NCBI GenBank assembly: GCA_964016885.1 | Contig: OZ024740.1 | Location: 213,342,001-213,406,000, forward strand | Direction of reading: 5' to 3' | Origin: Eledone cirrhosa | Taxonomy: Eukaryota | DNA length: 64,000 nucleotides | Part shown: one piece after another, positions 24,601 to 36,500 of the stretch | Layout of the letters: every line of letters begins with the position of its first letter | Numbering within the stretch: position 1 is the first letter of the stretch | Program-made: the position numbers and the translations under genes | Notes under the pieces: generated by a model | The model's input: the letters and a program-made list of their open reading frames with translations, nothing else | Told to the model about the DNA's origin: nothing | The model's database searches: none

Positions 24601-27600
24601 GTGTTGATGAGTAGAAAAGAGGACAAAACCCTGATTCCGTCAGGGAAATGGCCATGTTCGATATGCAGAAAAGGAACTGGCATAAATTCTATAAAATGCA
24701 CACAATACAGATCCTGGGTACACAAGAGATGTAGCGGGATAGCAGGCAAACTAACAGGTAGGGAGAAATATGTATGCAGTAGATGTACAGGGAAATTAGA
24801 CAGTAGAAGTCGCATTGATAGACACATTTTTCAGATGCAGGAGGGCGCTATAGAAGTGGTGGATAGCTTCCGGTACCTAGGAGATCAGATTAGCATGGGA
24901 GGAGGGTGTTCCAAGGCCATAGTATCTAGAATAAGGACGGGTTGGAAGAAGTTTAGGGAGCTGCTTCCTCTGTTGACGAAGATGGGTTTCTCCCTGCGTA
25001 CGAAAGGCCAGTTGTATGATGCCTGTGTGAGGAGCGCGATGCTGCATGTTTGTGAGACATGGGCAGCAACTGCAGAGGATATGCGACGGCTGGAGAGAAA
25101 TGAGGCAAGCATGCTCCGTTGGATGTGCAGTGTAAATGTGCGTGAACGAGCCAGCATAAATGTGTTGAGAGAGAAACTGTGTCTGAGAGGGCTAGAATGT
25201 AGTGTACGGGAGAGGAGACTGAGGTGGTATGGACATGTGATGCGCATGGAGGATGACCGATGAGTGAAGAAGTGCCAGGAAATGGAAGACATGGTAGAGG
25301 TAGACCACGAAAAACATGGGCGGAGGTGGTGAGAACAGACCTCAGATCATTGAAGCTCACAGTGGAGATGACGAAGGACCGTGACGAGTGGAGAGATGCT
25401 GTGCTGAATAAGATCCGTCCCACCCTTGCAAGCAGGGAAAAGCGGACGTAAAATGATGATGATGATGATGATGATGATGTATCTTTACCAAAACACAGCC
25501 ACTGCATTTGCTATTAACTATTATATGTGCACTCTGAACACTGAGATGCAGTTTCACTACTGCAATCTTATTGATTCATTGAGTGAGAGGGTCATGGTTG
25601 GAGATTACTGAAATAACATCAGTGACTTTTGTAAACCCTGTACTAAGTAAACTTTGAAAAAAAATAAAAAAGAAACAGTTACAAGTGTACTCAGGTAAAA
25701 CTAAGTGAACAGTAACTATAGGAATCGTGAAAGTTTTCATAAATTAAGACACCAGAAATGTAACTGTTTGACAATTAAAATACATTAAGCTCTCTCTAAT
25801 CATGAGATATTCATTGACAACTAAGTTTTACAGGTTAACCCTTTAGTTATCAACCTAGCCAAAACTGGCTCTGGTGCTATGAAATAAAGTCACCTATCTT
25901 AAAAGTTTCCAATTTAAAATAAAATCTTCCAATATAATTTTATATAAGAACCTTACATTAAGTTACTATCTTACTAATCAAATAATCAATAAAGACCCCT
26001 TCTTTCTAGGCCCTGCTTCCATGTTTGGAATTTCTTCTCTAGTTCATCATCATCACCGTTTTACGTCCGTTCTTCCACGCTAGCATGGGTTAGACGGGTT
26101 GTCCTGTTGTGGGCAGTGTCCGGTCGGCTGACCTTGCCTTGCTCATACGGGAACTGATTCTGGCTTGATTTCTACAGCTGGATGCCCTTACTAACACCAA
26201 CCTCATTTACAGTGAGCACCATAGATTCCGCTATGAGTGTGAATCATCCGCATACAGGAGTTCCCATGGGTAGCCGGTCTTAAACTCCTCTATTATAGCC
26301 TGAAGTTCAATGATAAACAGGAGAGGGTAAAAAATGGAGCCCTGGTGGATGCCAGCCTGTACGCTAAATTCCTCTCTATAGCCATTGTTAATCCTAACTT
26401 TGCTGACTGCTCCCCTATACATGGCTTGTACAGCCTTCAGAAGCCACTCCTCTACTCCTAATTTTCTAAGAGCAACTATGTTGAAAGCTTTTTCCAGATC
26501 GACAAATGCCAGGTAGAGCAGCTTACTTTTAGCTAGGTACATTTCCTGTAACTGCTTCACCAGGAAGAGAGCATTAGTGGTGCTTTTGCCTGGCACAAAC
26601 CCAAACTGCATCTCATCTAGATTTATTCAGTCCCTAATCAACTGTGCTATAACTCTTTCAGTTGCTTTCATGACCTGGTCCATCTGCTTGATACCTCTAT
26701 AGTTTCCTCTATCTAGTGCATCTTCTTTACTCTTGTAGCAGTTGACAATGATGCTGCTATGCCAATCATTTGGTATGACGCCATCTAGTATTACTTGGTT
26801 TACAATACGTATAGTTTTGGTGTGACCTACCAACCCAGATGCTTTCAGCATCTCGGCAACTATTCCTGATGGACCGGTCTTCATTGCCTTACTTACTACA
26901 CTGCTGCTGACTTGTATGGCTGGGCCATCTATGGGGTTCACTTGGGGTAGGATCTCTTTCTCCCATGCATTCTATTCATTCAGTAATCTTTCATAATGGC
27001 TCTTCCACGCAGCTTTCTTCTCAGCACCTGTGAGGGCAAGTGCACCTTTATCATCCTGGACTCACTTCTCACCAATGATATGTAAGGGAATAAATATGGT
27101 TTTTGGATGAAAGGAATAACATTTTTCCATTAATACTCTTGTTTATATTTGCTCTGCCTTTATAACCATTCTTCCTCGCTAATATCTTTCTTCCTCGCTA
27201 ATATCTTTTCTTCTTCAAACCGTTATATAATATATAAACACATTGAGCTATTTCTTTTGTAAAAACTGGCAATTACATACTATCATTTTAATTCTCTACT
27301 TTCCTTTGAGAATTGTTAGTATAGTTCTACCTTTGCTATATATATATAGTCCACCCTTGCAAGCAGGGAAAAGCAGGCGTAAAATGATGATGATAATGAA
27401 ATGTATATATATCAGGGAAATGGCCATGCACGATATGTAGAAAAGGTGTTGGCATAAACTCTATAGAATGTAGACAATGCAGATCTTGGGTACACAAGAG
27501 GTGTAGTGGGATAGCAGGCAAACTAACAGGAAAGGAAAACTTCATATGTAGTTCAGGGAAAATTAATAGAAGTGTCAGTGATAGGCACATTTTTCAAATG

Positions 27601-30600
27601 CAGGTAGGATCTATACAGGTGGTTGATAGCTTCCGATATCTAGGTGATCAGATTAGCAAAGGAGGAGGGTGCTCTGAGGTGATAGTATCTAGAATAAGGA
27701 CAGGATGGAAGAAGTTTAGGGAGCTGCTTCCTCTGTTGACAACAAAAGATTTCTCCCTATGAACGAAAGGTTGGTTGTATGATGCCTGTGTGAGATGCAC
27801 GATGCTGCATGTGCATGGTAGTGAGACATGGGCAGCAACTGCAGAGGATATGCAACAGTGCAACAGCTGGAGAGAAATAAAGCAAGCATGCTCCGATGGA
27901 TGTGCAATGTCAATGTACGTGAACGACCAAGCATGGACGAATTGAGAGTGAAACTGTGTATAAGAAGAATAAACTGTAGTGTGCAGGAGAGAAGACTGCG
28001 TTGGTATGGCCATGTGATGCGTATGGAAGATGACCGCTGGGTGAAGAAGTGCCAAGAAATCCCGGTGGAAGGAAGACGCAGTAGAGGAAGGCCACAAAAA
28101 ACATAGGCAGAGGTGGTGAGAGCTGACCTCAGATTGCTGAAGCTCAGAGAGGAGATGACAAAGGACCATGACGAATAGAGAAATGCTGTGTTGAAGAGGA
28201 CCCATCCCACCCTAGCAAGGAAAAGCGGATATAAAATGATGATATATATATATTGTTATACTTTGGGAGGGTCATGCTGCCAATAAAAATACACGCACCT
28301 GTTGGTTTTTCACTTCAATTTATTATAAATTTCCGGATTGTTGTTTATATATTGTCAAAGCTCTTTCGTCACACATTCTGTGACCTCAGTGACTGGGTTT
28401 TTATTTTGTCTTTCCTTTGTTCTGTCCTACACCATCTTGTTTTTGTGTGTTGTGTGTTGTGTGCTTGGTTTATGCATGCATTACATTTGTGTGGGTCTGG
28501 TTTGTTTTATTAGTTTGGTTTTTGTGTGTCTGTATGTCTTTATTTTGTCCTTAATTACTAGTTCTGATGTTGCTATTCCACTCATATTTTCTGTATAATT
28601 TTGGTTGGAGTTCGTTTATGTTTGTCGCCTCTGTGATTTGCCTGAGCATTGCGTCTTTTCTCTGTGTGGATATAATTTTATCTCTGTATTCTCTAATGTG
28701 CCCCTATATCCCATTTTGGCATGTTAGTGGAGTACTGATGAGTTTTTCCATCCTGGAGTTCTCGCCAGTGTTCATTTATTCTTTCTACTATGCTATAGGC
28801 TGTCTCTCCTATGTAAGTTGTGTTCTTATTTCTACACTGTCCCTCAGTACATCTTATGCTATATACTATGTTCCTAGTTTTGCAGTTAGTTTGTGGGCTT
28901 AGTTTGCAGACTATGCATTTCCTATCAGTGCAGGGTTTTTTTGAAATGGATATGTTCTACTAATTAGGGCTTTTATGGGAATACCTGGCCTTTCAACTAT
29001 CTTGATATTTAAGTTTTGTTCGTCTAGAGCCCTTCTAAATATGTAAGTTTGCCTCTGGGGGTTGCATTGACATACATTACACTCTGGTATTTGTTGCTAT
29101 CATACTTTGAGTTGATTTTATTGGTCTTTTTCTTAATTCTTTTTATTTTACTCCAAACTTTGCTCCTAGTCGTATTTGCATCATTTTCTACGATCTGCCC
29201 ATTTGGTCCTGGCTCCTTTATATACTCTGATCTTGTCTCTGATTGTAGCCAGAGAACTGAATTTGGTTGATAAAGTGTTGTATGTGTCTCTTTGATTCTT
29301 TTAACATCTCAGCGACTATCCCTCACGGTCCAGTGGCCTTACCACTTTTCATCTCTTTGATTGCTTCTTTGACCCTATAGTCGTCAACCTCAATAGCTGG
29401 TCCCTCTGTTGGGTTTGTTGGGGTAGTTTCTCTCTCTCCCATTCATTCTCAACATTCACCAGTCTCTCATAATGACATTTCCAGGCCTCTTTTTTCTGAG
29501 CACCAGTGATGCTAAGTATACCAGCATCATTTCGGACACACTTATCTCCAACAACATCCTGATTTACACTGACACACTGCCTTGCAATGAGGAACACCTC
29601 ACATCTTTGATCCTCTCATCACAGAACATTGGCAAACCTCCTACTCTGTTTCCCTGCATGCTATGTACACTTTATGTCTATCCCCTCTTTTAGCAGCTGA
29701 TTACTGGTCTCTACTCCCCCCATTTTTCCAATCCGTCTATGCTTATCTCTTGTCTTTAATGGCTCTATCTATCGTGCTGTTCCACCACCATGTCATTCTC
29801 TGTTTGGTTGGAGCTTTACTCCAGCCATAAGTCTCTTCAGTTGCGTGCAGTAGGTTGTCGCGTAAGAATTTCCAGTTGTCTTCTATATCATATAATTCTA
29901 GTTCGTCTTCTCTCTCATTATCCACATCCCGTAGGTCTTTCCTAAACCTATATATAATAAACACATTCAGCACTACATCTTTATTGACAACACAGGTCCA
30001 CTATTATCATCATTAATGCCTATTTTTCCACACTAGCATGGGTTAGACAAGTTGTCCCACTGTGAGACAAGCCAGATCAGATGACTGTGTCTTGCTCATA
30101 CAGAACTGATTTGGGTTTGGTTTCTATGGTTGGATGCTCTTCCTAATGCCAACCACATTTACAGTGTGGATTGGATGCTCTTTGTTGTGTCACCTACACA
30201 ACCACTTTCCAGTGTGAACTGGCTGTCTTTTATCGTGACACGAAAATGACCACTTTACAGTGTGAGCTGGCTGTTTTTTTTATCGTGGCACCAAATTAAC
30301 CAATTTACAGTGTGAACTGGATGCTAGTTCATGATAATTAATTCTATGTCATCTTACAAATATGTCCTCATTTTTCACACACATCAATGCCAGACATATT
30401 CAGACTTTCTTTTCATAAGGAATATTTATAAATGAATGAAAATATAGATAAAACAATTATTTTTTTTGTTTACATGATGTACGTGAAATACTAATTATAT
30501 ATCAGTCTTTGTTGGGTTTTGTTGTTGTGTGTATGTGTGTATTTATTGTTGTGTGTTTGTTGTGTGTGTGTGTGTTGTGTTGTAGACCTCTACATTTACC

Positions 30601-33471
30601 TTGACAAGTCCATATTTTGTCAGTACTATAATTAACCCACATTATACTTACTGTGAGCCAAAGTAAACAGTTTACTTTAAACTACCAACATTTATTCTAT
30701 GTCTGCTTCTTTGTTAATTATTATCTTTTTACCCCTGACCTTCATAACAGTTTTTTTGAAAACTTGTTGATGCTTTATTATTAGCAAAGTCAAATTGAGA
30801 ACATTATTTCAACTACTACTACTACCACCTCTATTCTTCTTATTCCACTTATTCCTGGGAGTGTTGTTGGGCAGAGTCCTCAAGTACGCTTTCCAGTGGG
30901 TCCTGTCAGAAGATATCATCTCCATCTGATCCAGCTGGAACACCAAGTATAACCAGCCAAGCTCATGGATGTTATCCAACCATCTTGTAGACTACCCCTG
31001 GGTCTCTTGTCGGTTGGTTTTGCCCATAGCATCTGTCCAGTGATTCTTTGCCAAGACATTCTAACCATATGTTCATAGTATAGGAGCTGTAATCTCTCAA
31101 TTTAGAGAAGTAGCGGCTCTACCAGGAGTGACTCCAAGTTATAAATCTGTCCAGCGATTCTTTCTTGAAACATTCTAATCACATTCCCATAGTATCGGAG
31201 CTGTGATCTCTCAATTTTGAGAAGTAGTGGCTTCCGAGCTATGTACTCAATCGAGTAACGTTATTCCAAAGTCCCTTTGAAGGAACCCCATTTCAGCCTC
31301 TAGTATTTGGGACCCTATTCTTTCGATCATTACCCAAGATTCACGGAGTAATCACATTTCAGCCGCTTCTATTCATGACCGTATTCTTTCAGTCATTACC
31401 CAAGATTCGCAGAGGAATCCCATTTTGGACATGTGTATTCGTGACCATATTCTTTTGGCCATAGAGATGGAAGCAATGAGTGAAAGAGAGAGAACATAGT
31501 GATAAGACAAAGAAAGTTAAGAAAAAGTAACCAGTTGAGTTGCATTCACACTAACATCATTACCCAAGATTCATGACTGTTTACTTAAAGTTTTAAATCA
31601 TAACAAATGTATTTATTCTTGACGATTCTATCCTATATTTAGTTTTATTATATTTTGATTCATTAATTGTTAAAACTAAGTTTGGTTTTCATTGATCCTT
31701 TTATGAACTAGAAAGTTATGGATATGATCAGTTCTAAGCTTTGTTTCTATAGCATTAAAACGGCTGAGAATTAAATCACTTGGTTAGTTTGTAAATAAGA
31801 TCTGGTGTTTATTACACACAGCTTTGTAAGCTGATACCTGCAATATATTGGGTTGTATCCATAGAGGGAACAAAACACTAGCACTGTTGATATGATTCCC
31901 TGTAAACCATGGAATAATGTTGGTCCAAAACTTGAGTTTTTATTTTGAAAATATAGTATTCTCCCATGTGGTTACAATGTCTCAAGAAAGAATCACTGGA
32001 TAGATTTATAGCTCGGAGATCAGAGAGTCACTTCAGGTAGAGCCGCTACTTCTCCGAATTAAGATGGTTGCTTTGGACAGGATACACTGGAAGGAGTGTT
32101 TGAGGAATATGCCCCCACGACCATCTCAGGAATAAGTGGGTGAAGAAGTAGTAGTACCCCAAAGGACATCACTTTGATGTTGTGTCAGAGTCATGTGTTG
32201 AGGAAGGATGAAAATGAACGGGTGAGAAGTGTGATGGAAATGAGTGTGGAAAGTATTAGAGAAAGGGGAAGACCAAGAAAGATATAGTTAAAGATGATGG
32301 CAGAGGAAAGAAAAGCCAGGAGGATACATCTGATTGGAGTAGAATGGAGAAACTTTGCTCCTTCCCATCCTTATAAAAGCATCTAACCCCTACTTTAGTA
32401 AGGTTTAAGTAACCTTAAATCACTTCAGGTCATTTGTTAACAGGTAATAAGCAGAATTTTATAATCTGATGCTTTACAAATTGACTCATTATAGTATTTT
32501 GTTTTATTTTATATTTTTTAATGTATATTTTTGTTTTATTTTATATTTTTGAATGTATATTTTTGTTTTACTTCAGGTGACGGCTGCTTTGTCCCAGTTG
32601 GCTACCTTTAGTAGTAGTGTAAGGCCAGCTGTACATAGTTTCCTTGTTTCCAAATATTACAAGACTTTGGTATCAAAACGGTCCAAGTCAGAAGATAAAG
32701 CAGCAGTTCTTGACCAACCGAACAACAACAAAGCAGAACCTGTAAGAATTAAGTCAATTCTAGTTTTTGTTTATGTTTTTTATCAACTGAAAACTGATTA
32801 TTATTCACAGTTTGATTATACAGTTGCAAGGGAGAGACATATGTACATCTGTGTGTATATGTATGTGTTGTCCCTGATAGGACAGATGTGTGTATCTTTT
32901 ACTCATACTCTCTCTTTATCTTTTTTTTAATGAAAATCTATTTATTTCTTCTCTCTGGTGTTACCATCTGCACAACTTGTCTGTACAGTGTACTATCCTG
33001 TCTCCAATTGTAAAACTCATTTGCATATGGAGCAGGAGCCAACTTACCTTTAAAAAAATAGTGTTATACATATATATATCTACATATTGTATATTAACAT
33101 CATATACCTCATCTCAGTAAAAGCAAGGGGAAGTAATTGATGCATTGTTTCTCACTTGTTGGCATTTATCAAGACTACATATATCTTTACTTCTGCTGAA
33201 ATTAAAATAAGCTGGAATCTTATAGATTTTTTGCTTAATCAGCTCATATACATGAGCAAAAAAATCTATAAGATTCCAACTTATTTTAATTTCTGCAAAA
33301 GTAGGCAGATATGTTCTTGATAAACACCAACAAGTGAGAAACAATGTGTCAATTACTTCCCCTTGCTTTTACTGGGGTGTATGAAATTGGTTACAACCTT
33401 AAAAATTCATAGGAAAAGACTTTCAAATATTTTTCATAAACATTCCATATATTATTCTATATATTATACGT

Positions 33472-33508
<37 letters not shown>

Positions 33509-36500
33509 ATTTATATATATATACACTGTTACACTCTCAAATGTAATCTTGTGTTTTTTATGTTTTGGCATTGGAGATGATCATAACACTGTCTTTTGTG
33601 ATTTTGCAGGAGAAACTCTCTTTAAAAAATCATGGCTTTAAAGATATACCTGTTGATGTTACACTAGCTGACCTCACACCTGTACTAGGTTCCCTAGCTA
33701 CACATAATTGTAAACAAGTGAAAGTGAATGAACCACTCAAATGGTTAGAAACATATATTTCAGCCCAGACTTTCTTTGAGAATAAATCTGGTAAGTTTAT
33801 CCCTGTCATGAAGCTTCATAAAGTTCAGGGTTTTCTGCTCCATATCTCAGTTGGCACAATTCAGCTATAAATATTGCTTTCTCCTTTTTACTTCTGGAGG
33901 CATGTAGCCTAGTGGTTAGAGGGTTGGGTGAAGAAGAAGATTTATTTTTCTGTTACATAAAAATTCTTCAATGAAGATTTTTATTTGAGTTCCTTTATGT
34001 AAAAATTTTTTTTTTTTTTGTTGTTTTTTGTTATAAATTTGCTTTGTATTTTTTTAACATTAAAAGACTGATAAGTTTTAAAAAGTTGGTACAATGTGAT
34101 AGAAAAATATGAAGGGCAAATGATGACAAATAAAACAGAAAGTAATGTTTTACCCAGTATATTTTAACATGATATTTAAGAGCTATTACCCTCTTTTCAA
34201 ATGTGGAACTGATATAGTTCAAAAACAAAATAAGCAATCAATATGTTCTTCCTTAATTAGCTTACGTGTCTGAAATATGCATGCGTGAAGTCATTATAGT
34301 AACCCATCTGATTCATGCATTTCCAATCTATTATTTATCTGGTATTTTGATTCTTAAATTGCTTGTATTCCTTCCTGTCAACTTCATGGTGACTTTATTT
34401 GTCATCATTTGCCTTTGTACTGGCTTTTTTAAACTCATTTGTCTTTTATTACATATTTCATAATACTTTGTATTAACAATACTAGTTTATACTTTAACAT
34501 TATTTTTTAAACTTATATTTTAGGATTTCCTGAGAATCAACTTAATTTAAATAATGGAGGCCCAGCAGTTCTTAATAAACAGACATTCAACCAGTTTATT
34601 AAAAAGGAGCTGAAAGGTTTGAGAATGGTTATTTATTTTTCAATTTATAAACTTCAATACAAAGAGCCAAGAAAAATCATTAACTCTCTATCTTCATTAT
34701 TCTTACCACCACTACAGCCATCACCACTACCACTACCACCACCATCACCACTACCATCACCACAACCACTACCATCACCACCACCACTGCCATCACCACA
34801 ACCACTACCATCACCACCACCACTGCCATCACCACCACCACTGCCATCACCACAACCACTACCATCACCACTACCACAACCACTACCATCACCACTACCA
34901 CCACCACCACTGCCATCACCACAACCACTACCATCACCACCACCACTGCCATCACCACTACCATCACCACAACCACTACCATAACTGCTACCACCACCAC
35001 TACTATCATCACCACCACTACTATCATCACCACCACCACTACCATCACCACCACCACTGCCATCACCACAACCACTACCATCACCACAACCACTACCATC
35101 ACCACTACCACCACCACCACTGCCATCACCACAACCACTACCATCACCACCACCACTGCCATCACCACTACCATCACCACAACCACTACCATAACTGCTA
35201 CCACCACCACTACTATCATCACCACCACTACTATAATCACCACCACCACTACCATCACCACCACCACTACCATCACCACCACCACTACCATCACATCACC
35301 GCTACGACTACCACCACTATCACTACCATCACCACCACCATCACATCACCACTACCATAACCACTACCACTACGCTCACCACTACTATCATCACCACCAC
35401 TACCATCAACACCAGTACTACCATCACCACCACTACTACCATCACCACCAGTACTACCATCACCACCACTGCTACCATCACCACCACTGCTACCATCACC
35501 ACCACTACTACCATCACCACCACTACTACCATCACCACCACCACTACCATCACCACCACCATTACCATCACCACCACTGCTACCATCACCACCACTACTA
35601 CCATCACCACCAGTACTACCATCACCACCACTGCTACCATCACCACCACTGCTACCATCACCACCACTACTACCATCACCACCACCACTACCATCACCAC
35701 CACCATTACCATCACCACCACTGCTACCATCACCACCACTGCTACCATCACCACCACTACTACCATCACCACCACCACTACCATCACCACCACCATTACC
35801 ATCACCACCACTGCTACCATCACCACCACTACTACCATCACCACCAGTACTACCATCACCACCACTGCTACCATCACCACCACTGCTACCATCAACACCA
35901 GTACTACCATCACCACCAGTACTACCATCACCACCACTGCTACCATCACCACCACTACTACCATCAACACCAGTACTACCATCACCACCAGTACTACCAT
36001 CACCACCACTACTACCATCACCACCAGTACTACCATCACCACCACTACTACCATCACCACCAGTACTACCATCACCACCACTGCTACCATCACCACTACT
36101 ACTACCATCACCACCATTGCTACCATCGCCACCACCACTACCATCACTACCACTACTACCATCACCACCACCACCACTACTACCATCACCACCACCACTA
36201 CCATCACCACCACCATTACCATCACCACCACTGCTACCATCACCACCACTACTACCATCACCACCAGTACTACCATCACCACCACTGCTACCATCAACAC
36301 CACAACCATCACCACTTCTACTATCACCACCAGCTCCACCACTACCAACTCCACTACTATCATCACCACTACTGCTACCATCAGCCCTACTACCACCACC
36401 ACCAATGCCACTGCCACCAACACTACCACCACCACCACCACTATTCCAAGATGTATATATATGCAGTATTTTTTTATTTCTCTTTTACAGTTACATACCA

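Noticed and set aside
23500-25263. 587-aa RT ORF as an active LINE or domesticated gene
   Set aside because: 5'-truncated endonuclease, in-frame stops near 23443 and 25261, and a deletion relative to the 61549 copy
17390-32450. AG|GT motifs in intron 1 as recursive splice sites (e.g. ~17393, ~20901, ~32443)
   Set aside because: Weak tracts, some inside repeats, expected by chance in 17 kb; needs RNA data
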